The translations under genes and the position numbers were made by a program. Source: an uncultured Holophagae bacterium (GTDB taxonomy: Bacteria; Acidobacteriota; Thermoanaerobaculia; Thermoanaerobaculales; Sulfomarinibacteraceae). Taken from it: a stretch of 64,000 nucleotides of DNA. The stretch lies in contig CAWDGW010000017.1 in the NCBI GenBank assembly GCA_963801995.1, positions 605,544 to 669,543 of the forward strand, written 5' to 3'. The notes beneath the pieces were generated by a model. That model did not search any database. It saw only the letters and a list, made by a program, of their open reading frames with translations, and was not told the origin of the DNA. Positions 1 to 8,872 of the stretch are shown here, in pieces (positions within the stretch are counted from its first letter, which is position 1; each line of letters starts with the position of its first letter).

Positions 1-288
1 GGTGGACAGGTCGCATTCGGGTGCGACGGCGACCAGCAGACACCCGCGCACGGTGACGCTGGAGTCGAATTGTCCTGTGACGGATGGTTCCATGACCGGG
101 GCGTGGATCGCGCAGGCGAGACAAGATCGGGGTGAATCAACGCCAGATACCAGAGACGCCTGATCCGAGGCCGGGACGGGGCCCACCGAAGGTCCCTCGG
201 GGCCGTGCCGGTGTGGTACGGCCGCCGCAAGCCCTTGACTGACCACGACGACTCCCAGCACCAGCATAGCGATTCGGCGAAAAACCAT
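1..288 (-). CDS. hypothetical exported protein, N-terminal part only (gene runs off left edge)
   Basis: Minus-strand frame is open from ATG at 288 to the window edge. It is absent from the ORF track because there is no stop in the window. N-terminus MVFRRIAMLVLGVVVVSQGLAAA looks like a signal peptide. No family recognised. Confidence 0.3.
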   Translation of the reverse strand, partial: MVFRRIAMLVLGVVVVSQGLAAAVPHRHGPEGPSVGPVPASDQASLVSGVDSPRSCLACAIHAPVMEPSVTGQFDSSVTVRGCLLVAVAPECDLST

Positions 289-363
289 GTTCGGGATCTT
301 ATCACCCTGCACGGCGGCAACCCCCTGATCACTGTCTTGATGGGGACACGAGAACGGCTCAAT

Positions 364-393
364 ATTCAATCTTCAATCTTCAATTTGTAATTC
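364..393. repeat. heptamer micro-repeat array (TTCAATC type)
   Basis: Read directly: attcaat cttcaat cttcaat ttgtaat. Lies 55 nt upstream of the start at 448. Confidence 0.8.
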
Positions 394-447
394 GCTGTCG
401 CTCCATCCCTTGACATCCACCCGGGCCGAAAGCACCCTTGAAAGAGT

Positions 448-2196
448 ATGTCGAAGGCACCGTCCAACCACATCTCGAAATTCGACCGTAGCTTCACCGA
501 GAACGGAGAGCCATTCACCCGCATCGGCTCCGGACCGCTCGGTGGTAAAGCGTCGGGTTTGCATCTGATCCACGCTGACATCCTCCCCAGGTTGGATCAG
601 GGACGGTTTCCCCACATCACTGTCACTGTGCCCACTCTGACCGTGCTCACCACGGATTTGTTTCGGTCCTTCATGGAACGCAACCAGCTTCACGAGCTTG
701 CGTCCTCCGAGCTCTCAAATGATCGAATCGCGCATGCCTTCCAGCGGGCGGAGCTCCCCGCCGAGCTTGTGGGTGACCTTCGGGCCCTGATTTCCTCGGT
801 TCATACCCCCTTGGCGGTGCGATCGTCGAGCCTGCTCGAAGACGACCTTCGCCATCCCTTTGCCGGCGTCTATGCCACCAAGATGATCCCCAACAACGAG
901 ATCGAGGAGGACGCCAGATTCCGTCGCCTGGTGGAGGCGGTGAAATTCGTCTACGCCAGCACCTTCTTCTCCGCCGCCCGGGACTACCACCGGGCTCTCG
1001 GTCATGAGGCGTTGGCCGAAGAGATGGCAGTGATCGTTCAGGAAGTGATCGGGGAGCGCATAGGCGACCGGTTCTATCCCACCGTGTCCGGAGTCGCCCG
1101 ATCGTTCAACTTCTATCCCACCGGCAACGCCAGCGCCGACGAGGGAGTGGTCCACCTGGCCCTCGGCCTCGGCAAAACCATCGTCGACGGCGGGCTGTGC
1201 TGGGGGTTTTCACCCTCGGCGCCGACGGCACCACCCCCGTTTAACGACGTTGGTGACCTGCTCAAAAACACTCAGCGCGACTTCTGGGCCGTCCACATGG
1301 GTGACCCTCCCATGCCCGATCCGATACGGGAGACCGAATACCTGGTCAGACCAGGCCTCAAGGACGCGGAAGAGGACAACTCCCTCAGGCACATCGTGTC
1401 CACGTACGACGCCGGATCGGACCGACTCTACCCCGGTCAGGCGAGCCGTGGGCCCAGGGCCCTCACCTTCGCTCCCCTCATCGGGTCCCGGTGGCTACCC
1501 TTCGTTGATCTCATTTCCGAGTTGTTGCAACACTCGAAGACGTCCCTCGGAACAGAAGTGGAGATCGAGTTTGCCGTCCGCCTTCACCGCGAGGATCTCC
1601 TCCCGGCGCGCTTCGGTTTTCTCCAAGTGCGCCCGATGATGGTGGGTCGCGAGGCGATTCGGGTGGAAGAGAGTGAGCTCTCCGATCCCCGCGTGGTGGT
1701 GTCTTCCACCCGGGTTCTCGGCAATGGACAGGTTGATGACATCTCCGACATTGTCTACATCCGTCCAGATGCGTTTGATCCCAGCCGTACCACCACGATG
1801 GCCCGGGAAATGGAGGAGATCAACCGGCAACTGGTCGCCGCCGGGCGCCGGTACATTCTCTTGGGTTTCGGCCGCTGGGGCACATCCGATGAACGGCTTG
1901 GCATCCCAGTGGCGTGGGGCCAGATCAGTGGAGCCAAGGTGATCATCGAGATCACCACCCCAGAGATCGACCCCGATCTGAGCCAAGGGTCCCATTTCTT
2001 CCACAACGTACTCAGTTTCCAGGTGCTCTGCCTTGCCGTAGAACATCACCGCCCGGGCGCCATTGACTGGTCATGGCTTGATGCCCAAACGGCGGTGTCT
2101 GAAACCGAAAATATCCGCCACATTAGAGCTTCTGAACCCGTCGGTGTCCGTATCGACGGGACCCGAGGTCTTGGAGTGATCATCCGCAATGACTGA
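448..2196 (+). CDS. PEP/pyruvate-binding (PPDK_N-type ATP-grasp) domain protein
   Basis: 582-aa ORF. GGKASGL and VRSSSLLEDD motifs are typical of the PEP synthase/PPDK N-terminal nucleotide-binding domain. C-terminal GFGRWGT...SQGSHFFHN module is shared with the next gene. 8-nt overlap with the next ORF. Confidence 0.8.
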   Translation: MSKAPSNHISKFDRSFTENGEPFTRIGSGPLGGKASGLHLIHADILPRLDQGRFPHITVTVPTLTVLTTDLFRSFMERNQLHELASSELSNDRIAHAFQRAELPAELVGDLRALISSVHTPLAVRSSSLLEDDLRHPFAGVYATKMIPNNEIEEDARFRRLVEAVKFVYASTFFSAARDYHRALGHEALAEEMAVIVQEVIGERIGDRFYPTVSGVARSFNFYPTGNASADEGVVHLALGLGKTIVDGGLCWGFSPSAPTAPPPFNDVGDLLKNTQRDFWAVHMGDPPMPDPIRETEYLVRPGLKDAEEDNSLRHIVSTYDAGSDRLYPGQASRGPRALTFAPLIGSRWLPFVDLISELLQHSKTSLGTEVEIEFAVRLHREDLLPARFGFLQVRPMMVGREAIRVEESELSDPRVVVSSTRVLGNGQVDDISDIVYIRPDAFDPSRTTTMAREMEEINRQLVAAGRRYILLGFGRWGTSDERLGIPVAWGQISGAKVIIEITTPEIDPDLSQGSHFFHNVLSFQVLCLAVEHHRPGAIDWSWLDAQTAVSETENIRHIRASEPVGVRIDGTRGLGVIIRND

Positions 2197-5100
2197 CCCT
2201 GAGCGTCCCATCGAGAAGCTGCTCGCGTCCCTCCAGGAACGCGCCAAGGAACTGAACTGCCTCTACGAAGTCGAGCAAGTCCTCGCTGAGCTCGATCTCC
2301 CGCTGGAAGATGCTCTTCAGAGTGTGGTGAAGGCCATCCCTCCGGGCTGGCAGTACCCCGACGTCTGCCGGGCGAAGATCGTCTACGGCGAACTCATTTT
2401 TCAGAGTTCCGACTTTCGGTCGACCCCATGGGAGCAGACGGCGCCGATCAAGACCCAGGACGAGGTGGTTGGCAACATCACGGTCTGTTACCTCAAGGAA
2501 CGGCCGCGCGAGGACATCGGGCCGTTTTTGAAGGAGGAGGAGCGGCTCATCCGGACCATCGCCGAGCGGATCGGACACTTCATCCTCTACCTTCGACTGC
2601 GGGACGTGCGACAGAAGTGGAGCACGGCCGGAATTGATAACGGGGATCCGGCTGCCGATCGTTGGCGTGGTCCCATCGATCTCCTACGCCGCACCGATCG
2701 CAAACTCTACCTTCGGACTGCCCGCAAAATGGTCAACCACTTGCGGTGGGCCGGTGTGGACGGCTCGCAGGCTCTGCTCGACCAAATGTACGGACAGGCC
2801 GAACCCGCGCAGGACGTCACAGGGGAAATCAACGTCCCGGGCCCCGCTGGCCGGCTCAACGAACCTATGCTCCTGAGCGGTCGACCCTTCGAACTGGCTT
2901 CGTCGGTGCTCGGTCACGATGACGTCTTCAATCTCATCCAGGCGTGGATAGTGGAGGACAACGCGAGCTTCTTGCCCAAGGTCCTCAATAACCCCCGATC
3001 CTCCCTTCCAGAGGTCGCGGAGAGCCTCCAACGCTTTCATCACCTGGTGTCGGACGGCACCGAGTTGTCTCCATCCACCATCGATGGCCTCAAGGTTGCC
3101 CTCATTCGGAGGTTCCTGACCGAGCAGCTCGAGTTCATCACCGTCGCCAAGGCGGTCCTCAATATTGGAGATTTCGTCGACCTCCTCGAACACGTCATCC
3201 TGTCCTCCGATAGTTACGGCAGGCTTGGCGGAAAGACCGCCGGGCTCTTCCTCGCTGAAAAGATCCTCGGCGACCTGGGCAATGACGAACGGTCGGTGGG
3301 CATCGTCAAGGTCCCCAAGAGCTGGTACGTGGCCTCTGAGGAGATCATGAACTTCATCGAGTACAACGACCTCGAAGAGGTGCTCCAGCAGAAGTACCGC
3401 GACATCCAGCAAGTCCGGCACGAGTACCCAAATATCGTGAAGCTCTTCAAGAGTTCTCGCTTCCCACCCGAAGTCGCCCGCGGCCTGTCCGTGCTGCTGG
3501 ACGAGGTCGGTGAAAAACCTCTCATCGTGCGCTCGTCGAGCCTGCTCGAAGATCGAATGGGTTCAGCGTTCTCGGGCAAGTACAAGAGCCTCTTCCTGGC
3601 CAACCAGGGTGGTAAACAGGAGCGGCTCCGAGCCCTGCTCGACGCCATCACCGAAGTCTACGCCTCTATCTTCGGCCCCGATCCCATCGCCTACCGCCGG
3701 GAGAAGGGATTGGTGGACTTTCACGAGGAGATGGCGGTGCTCATTCAAGAGGTGGTCGGCAGCCGCGTTGGGGACTACTTCTTTCCGGCCCTGGCGGGGG
3801 TGGCATTCTCGAATAACGAGTTTCGCTGGTCCCCGCGCATCCAACGGGAAGACGGCCTGATCCGACTGGTCCCTGGCCTCGGCACACGCGCCGTTGACCG
3901 GGTGAGTGACGACTATCCGATCCTGGCGGTGCCGGGGCAGCCCAACCTCCGGGTCAACACGACCATCGACGAGACCATCCGCTACTCGCCCACTCAGATC
4001 GACGTCATCAACCTGACCACCAATTCCTTCGAGACCCTGGCCATCAAGGATCTTGTCCGGTCGAGTGGTGCCACCTACCCGGCATTCGACAAGATATTCT
4101 CGGTACTGAAGGACGACACCCTGCGCCGCGCAGTTCCGGTCTTGGTGGACCCCGACCGCGACGACCTTGTGGCCGACTTCAACGGGCTGATCTCCGACAC
4201 GCCCTTCGTCCGGAACGCCGGCAATATGCTCAAGATCTTGGAGGAACGCCTCGGCACTCCGGTGGACATCGAGTTCGCCTTCGACGGCAACGACTTCTAC
4301 CTGCTCCAGTGCCGACCCCAGAGCTATTCGGCGGAAGACAGTCCGGCTCCCATTCCCAAGGACATCGCCGAGGAGGACCAGATCTTCCGGGCCAATCGTT
4401 ACATCTCCAATGGCTGGATCCCGGACCTGACCCACATCGTCTATGTCGACCCTGACGCCTATGGAGCCCTCCCAGATCGGGCGGACCTCGTGGCGGTTGG
4501 CCAAGCCGTGGGCAGGCTCAACAAGGTCCTTCCGAAACGCCAGTTCGTTCTCATGGGCCCAGGCCGTTGGGGCAGTCGCGGCGACATCAGGCTGGGTGTC
4601 AACGTCACATATTCGGACATCAACAACACCGCGGTACTGGTGGAGATCGCCCGGCAGGAGGGTAGCTATGTGCCTGATCTCTCCTTCGGGACCCACTTCT
4701 TCCAGGATTTGGTGGAATCGTCCATTCGCTACATCCCGCTCTACCCGGACGATTCGGACGGGATCCTGAATCAACGGTTCCTCCTCCAGGCGCCGAATCT
4801 CCTTGCCGAGATGGTGCCAGAGTTTTCCCACCTTGACGGAGTGGTCCGGGTCATCGACGTTTCCATGGCTTCACGGGGACGGGTCCTGCGCGTACTGATG
4901 AATGCGGAACTCGATGAGGCAGTGGGCTTCCTCGCCGATTCCTCAGCCGAGCGGGGCGATTCCAGTGCCGCTCTCAGAGCTCTGGCACCAGCGCGATCCG
5001 AGGGATTCTGGCGGTGGCGCCTGAGAATGGCCGAGAAGATTGCCCGGGAAATGGACCCGGACCGATTCGGCGTGGTCGCCTTCTACGTCATCGGCAGCAC

Positions 5101-5377
5101 CAAAAACGCGATTGCTGGTCCGTCCTCCGATATCGATCTTCTCATTCACAGCAACGGCACAGCCGCACAACGACGAGACCTCGAAACCTGGCTCGACGGA
5201 TGGAGCCTCTGCCTGGGCGAGGTCAATTTCCTGAGGACCGGGTACCGAAACCGCAAGCTGCTCGACGTGCACATCGTGACCGACGACGATATCGCGCGGC
5301 GGACCAGCTTCGCGGCCAAGATCGGCGCGATCACTGATCCCGCGCTCGAATTGCCCATCGGCAAAGCAACCGATTGA
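2189..5377 (+). CDS. PPDK_N-type domain protein fused to C-terminal Pol-beta-type nucleotidyltransferase
   Basis: 1062-aa ORF. Central GGKTAGL and VRSSSLLEDR motifs, then GPGRWGS...SFGTHFFQD module. C-terminal NTase signature GSTKNAIAGPSSDIDLLI. N-terminal ~300 aa not recognised. Confidence 0.75.
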   Translation: MTDPERPIEKLLASLQERAKELNCLYEVEQVLAELDLPLEDALQSVVKAIPPGWQYPDVCRAKIVYGELIFQSSDFRSTPWEQTAPIKTQDEVVGNITVCYLKERPREDIGPFLKEEERLIRTIAERIGHFILYLRLRDVRQKWSTAGIDNGDPAADRWRGPIDLLRRTDRKLYLRTARKMVNHLRWAGVDGSQALLDQMYGQAEPAQDVTGEINVPGPAGRLNEPMLLSGRPFELASSVLGHDDVFNLIQAWIVEDNASFLPKVLNNPRSSLPEVAESLQRFHHLVSDGTELSPSTIDGLKVALIRRFLTEQLEFITVAKAVLNIGDFVDLLEHVILSSDSYGRLGGKTAGLFLAEKILGDLGNDERSVGIVKVPKSWYVASEEIMNFIEYNDLEEVLQQKYRDIQQVRHEYPNIVKLFKSSRFPPEVARGLSVLLDEVGEKPLIVRSSSLLEDRMGSAFSGKYKSLFLANQGGKQERLRALLDAITEVYASIFGPDPIAYRREKGLVDFHEEMAVLIQEVVGSRVGDYFFPALAGVAFSNNEFRWSPRIQREDGLIRLVPGLGTRAVDRVSDDYPILAVPGQPNLRVNTTIDETIRYSPTQIDVINLTTNSFETLAIKDLVRSSGATYPAFDKIFSVLKDDTLRRAVPVLVDPDRDDLVADFNGLISDTPFVRNAGNMLKILEERLGTPVDIEFAFDGNDFYLLQCRPQSYSAEDSPAPIPKDIAEEDQIFRANRYISNGWIPDLTHIVYVDPDAYGALPDRADLVAVGQAVGRLNKVLPKRQFVLMGPGRWGSRGDIRLGVNVTYSDINNTAVLVEIARQEGSYVPDLSFGTHFFQDLVESSIRYIPLYPDDSDGILNQRFLLQAPNLLAEMVPEFSHLDGVVRVIDVSMASRGRVLRVLMNAELDEAVGFLADSSAERGDSSAALRALAPARSEGFWRWRLRMAEKIAREMDPDRFGVVAFYVIGSTKNAIAGPSSDIDLLIHSNGTAAQRRDLETWLDGWSLCLGEVNFLRTGYRNRKLLDVHIVTDDDIARRTSFAAKIGAITDPALELPIGKATD

Positions 5378-5408
5378 TCGGCTCAGACTCGGTCCCTCGA
5401 ATCGCTTG

Positions 5409-5444
5409 GTTGAAGATTGAAAATTGAAGATTGAAGATTGATGA
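5409..5444. repeat. heptamer micro-repeat array (ATTGAAG type)
   Basis: ttgaaga ttgaaaa ttgaaga ttgaaga ttgatga, directly after the stop at 5377. Confidence 0.8.
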
Positions 5445-5580
5445 CTGAGTCATTCCGAACGAGATCCAAAGGATCGAGGAGGAATCTTGGTCAGCTGAAC
5501 CGCCGACCGACGCGGGCTTCGATCGACTGAGCCGCCCCACGGTTTCACTCCCTGCACGGACAAATGAGATTTACAGGTCG

Positions 5581-5614
5581 GATTTTTGATTTTCGATTTT
5601 TGATTTTCGATTCG
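5581..5614. repeat. heptamer micro-repeat array (GATTTTC/T type), roughly inverse of 5409-5444
   Basis: gattttt gattttc gattttt gattttc gattcg, abutting the stop of the minus-strand gene at 5616. Confidence 0.8.
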
Positions 5615-5615
5615 G

Positions 5616-6476
5616 TCAGATCAGCTCACGCGTGGCGTTCTCCAGATCCCCGAAATCAAACCGAATGAGTGCCAGCTCGGGCCCGTCGTGGGCACCGTTG
5701 AAGGCGTGGGTGCGTCCGATGAGGTCCCGCCATGATCCCGTGAGTCGGGTCGATTCGTGAATGTGCCCGTGCAGAGTGAGCAGGGGTTGGCGGTTCTCGA
5801 TGAACCGCGAAATGGCGATCGACCCCACATTGACGTCCAGCGGCACGTGATCGACCATTCTTCCATCAAGGGCGGCTCGATCCAGCTGGCTCCGGTAGGG
5901 AGGCGAGTGGAAGAGAAACACCGCTCGGCTCAGATCGCGGTCGCGGCCGAGGTGCTCCAAATCGGCGGAGATGGTGCGATCTCTGACTTCGTCCGCCGCC
6001 ATTGGCACGGTGCGCCTCCCGTGTTCGGGCGATACGCACCCCGGATCCACGTGCCGTGACACGTCAAAACGCTCCCAGTCCTTGAGCATGAATGGCGTGG
6101 GAGGCACAAAGGAGTAGCCAGTGAACGAGTGGCCAGCCACTTCCACCGATCGTTCATTCAGGTAGGTCCAGAGACCCTCGGTCTCACCCTCGAGAATCCC
6201 TGCCTCCCGATCGCGAGGATCGTCGTTTCCGAATATGAGCAGCACCCTGGGCGTGTCATGGCCGAGCCGATCGATCAGTTTTCTGAACTCCGGCCGCATG
6301 ACGTCGGAGATGAAATCGCCCCCGGTCCACCGTCGGTCGAATGGCAGCAGGTCGCCGCCGATCAATACGACCTGAGGGCGCTCCGCGAGAGTTGTCTCCA
6401 CCAGCTTTCGGTAACGTGAGGGATGGCCGTGGAGATCCGACGTAAAGAAGGCGCGGAAACCACTCACAGCGTTCAA
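5616..6476 (-). CDS. metallophosphoesterase (calcineurin-like)
   Basis: 286-aa ORF with the ordered motifs SDLHGH, GGDL, GNDD, FHSPP and HGHIHE. TTG start 1 nt after the upstream stop; a GTG three codons later is also possible. Confidence 0.85.
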   Translation of the reverse strand: MNAVSGFRAFFTSDLHGHPSRYRKLVETTLAERPQVVLIGGDLLPFDRRWTGGDFISDVMRPEFRKLIDRLGHDTPRVLLIFGNDDPRDREAGILEGETEGLWTYLNERSVEVAGHSFTGYSFVPPTPFMLKDWERFDVSRHVDPGCVSPEHGRRTVPMAADEVRDRTISADLEHLGRDRDLSRAVFLFHSPPYRSQLDRAALDGRMVDHVPLDVNVGSIAISRFIENRQPLLTLHGHIHESTRLTGSWRDLIGRTHAFNGAHDGPELALIRFDFGDLENATRELI

Positions 6477-6477
6477 C

Positions 6478-7989
6478 TCATCGACCGGCTGACCGAACCC
6501 TCACTCGCGCCACGTCACCCCCCACCTCCAACGCATTGGTGGAGTTGACCGTCGGCGCCGCGAGGTCGAGCACCACATAAAGGGCTGCCGGCCGCAGCTC
6601 GGGGTGATGACCGATCCTCACCGCGACAACCTCCGGCGAACCAACATCGATTCGGTACGGTGCGTAGGGTTTTCCGATCTGCCGCACGCGGATCAGAACC
6701 CGAGGTGGGTCGGACAGGCGGATGGCGTCCACCTGTCCTGGATCGAATGGACCATCCCCGCGGATGACCACCTCGGTGGCCCCTGCCTCCGAGCTCCAAT
6801 CGATATCCCTGACGGCTCTTGCCGGCGCCTTCGCCTCGGCAGCCGGGGTCACGACTGTGGGGAGGGGCGTCGCTACTGCTTCGTCCCCGACCTCGGCCGC
6901 CCGGTCCTGGGTCGGTGCTTCGAGTGCATCCGCCGATTCCTGCTGGAGGACACCCCCGGGCTCGCCCGGAGGAACCTCATCACCACCACCAATTAACAGA
7001 ATCGCCGCCCCAATCGTCACGACGATCACCGCCGCAGGAAGGATGAACCAAAGTCGGTTCCCGCGACCTGAGGAACCGGTTGATCGGCGCGCGGTCGAGG
7101 TCTTCCCACCCTGCTCGTCAGCCGCCACCGTCCTGGGAGCGAGGCTGTCATCATCTCCGCTGAAGGGCAACAGGGACTCCCACGGTGTGGCGGCGGAATT
7201 CGGTCCCGTTGGATCCTGTCCCGTGTCCGGGCCGCGGCCGGCGAGCTGCAGTTCCTCCCGCCACTGATCCAGGATGTCCGGGATCGCATCCACGACGGGA
7301 TCCTTTCCGGAGAGTTGCGAATCGTCCACACCAGGTTCGCCCGCCCCCTGGGGCGTCGCGGTGGCCGGAGCGACCACCGCCGCCGAGATCGCCTCGTCCA
7401 TGGCCCCCGTACCGTCCCGTCCCTGAGGTTCGTTGTCCTGGGTGAACCCTGCAATCGCTTCCTCGAACCTCAGGTCCACGACCTCTGTCTCCATCTCGTC
7501 GGATCCTGTGCCTGCGGTGCGGGCCTTCGATACAGTTTCCAAGAACTCCCCGAGCTGGCTGTCCGGTAACCATTTTGGCGAGTCGGCCGCCGCCGCTGCC
7601 GACTGATCGAGGGCATCAGTGGGATACACGTCGCGGATCCCGCCCCCGTCGAGATCAAAGAGTTCGCCGCCGGTGGACAGATGGGCGTCGATCACCGCGT
7701 CGATGGTCTCCTGAGTGTCGCCATCCACATCGGCGAACTGGACTGCCATCCCCGGAGGCCCTTCGATGGACCCGGGCAGTCGGGTCCACAGCACGGTACC
7801 GCGGCCCTGAATCAACACGACGCCGTCCGTCAGAATCACCCGAAAACCGATCAACGACCCAGCCGAGACGGGATCCTCCGATTCGATGAACAGGCCGTCC
7901 GAGCACAGCCGTGGCGCCAGCCCCGAATAGAGTTCGTCCACTGACTCGATGACGAGGGTCAGATCAACCCGATCGCCCGATTCCGACAC
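6478..7989 (-). CDS. PilZ domain - TM helix - AMIN domain protein
   Basis: 503-aa ORF with GTG start preceded by GGGAGGTG. N-terminal PilZ-like region. Low-complexity Pro/Gly/Asp linker. TM segment LWFILPAAVIVVTIGAAILLIGG. C-terminal AMIN-like beta domain (VRDIDWSSEAGATEVVIRGDG...RVLIRV...YVVLDL). Confidence 0.65.
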   Translation of the reverse strand: MSESGDRVDLTLVIESVDELYSGLAPRLCSDGLFIESEDPVSAGSLIGFRVILTDGVVLIQGRGTVLWTRLPGSIEGPPGMAVQFADVDGDTQETIDAVIDAHLSTGGELFDLDGGGIRDVYPTDALDQSAAAAADSPKWLPDSQLGEFLETVSKARTAGTGSDEMETEVVDLRFEEAIAGFTQDNEPQGRDGTGAMDEAISAAVVAPATATPQGAGEPGVDDSQLSGKDPVVDAIPDILDQWREELQLAGRGPDTGQDPTGPNSAATPWESLLPFSGDDDSLAPRTVAADEQGGKTSTARRSTGSSGRGNRLWFILPAAVIVVTIGAAILLIGGGDEVPPGEPGGVLQQESADALEAPTQDRAAEVGDEAVATPLPTVVTPAAEAKAPARAVRDIDWSSEAGATEVVIRGDGPFDPGQVDAIRLSDPPRVLIRVRQIGKPYAPYRIDVGSPEVVAVRIGHHPELRPAALYVVLDLAAPTVNSTNALEVGGDVARVRVRSAGR

Positions 7990-8179
7990 CCATTCACCTC
8001 CCGACTCATTGCGACTCCCGCCAGCCCTCTTTCCGTGAAGTGTACCTCAACACCGGGAGTCCCATGTGCTTGGTGGCATCGACACGGGTCGGCGATGCTA
8101 TTGTGGCGCCGTGCTCACAGCAACGTGGCTCGCGATCATCCTGGCGACCCTCTCAAACCCAGCTCCCGAGGAGGTCGAG

Positions 8180-8872
8180 ATGCGGCTGGTGTCTGTCTAC
8201 GAAGGCCACGCTTTTGTCGAAATCCCAGCCCGATGGAACGAAATGCCGCCTGAGCTGCTCGACTTCCTTTCCATGCGTGCCGCCGAGATGAGCGGCGGCC
8301 GCATCACGGAGCACTACCAACACGGATTCCGCCCGGCAGCCTCTGATTCGGGCTTCGAACTGCCACAGGTCCTGATCCAGATTCGGGAAGATGGGCGGCT
8401 GTCACTCTCCCAATTCATCACCCTGCCTTCTCCCAGCGAACTCGCAGCGGAGTCGCCCGGGATTCTGGAGCAACATAGGGGGCCGTTCCTGCAGCAAATG
8501 GACCTCGACGATGTGACCTTTGACCCCGAGCATAAGTGCCTGCGGGTGGACAGCACCATGGAACTGCTCGTGGAGGGCACCACCGCCGTCCGGTCAGCCA
8601 GCTTCCTCACCGAACGCGGGATGTTCGTGGTGCACTGCTACGACCACGCGTCACGAATGGCGTCCAGTGCGCCCCTGTTCGATCGAATCATCGCCAGCGT
8701 TCAGTTCGATGACGAACTGGCCTACACGACCCGATGGCGCGACCGCTGGACCACTCGTCACAGCCTTGCTCTGCTGATCACTCTCGCCGTGGCGGCAGGC
8801 TTGATCCTCGTGGCGATTCGACGGGACAGGCAGCGGGCTGTTGCCGAAACCACCGAAAGGCCCCTTGGTTAA
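8180..8872 (+). CDS. hypothetical protein with C-terminal TM anchor
   Basis: Start moved from the ORF-track 8066 to ATG 8180, which has GAGGAGG 6 nt upstream. C-terminal helix LALLITLAVAAGLILVAI. No family recognised. Confidence 0.6.
   Translation: MRLVSVYEGHAFVEIPARWNEMPPELLDFLSMRAAEMSGGRITEHYQHGFRPAASDSGFELPQVLIQIREDGRLSLSQFITLPSPSELAAESPGILEQHRGPFLQQMDLDDVTFDPEHKCLRVDSTMELLVEGTTAVRSASFLTERGMFVVHCYDHASRMASSAPLFDRIIASVQFDDELAYTTRWRDRWTTRHSLALLITLAVAAGLILVAIRRDRQRAVAETTERPLG

Noticed and set aside
205-693. Small ORFs 205-390 (+), 366-581 (-) and 373-693 (-)
   Set aside because: They overlap the heptamer array and the start of the PPDK_N gene. They have no RBS and low-complexity translations.
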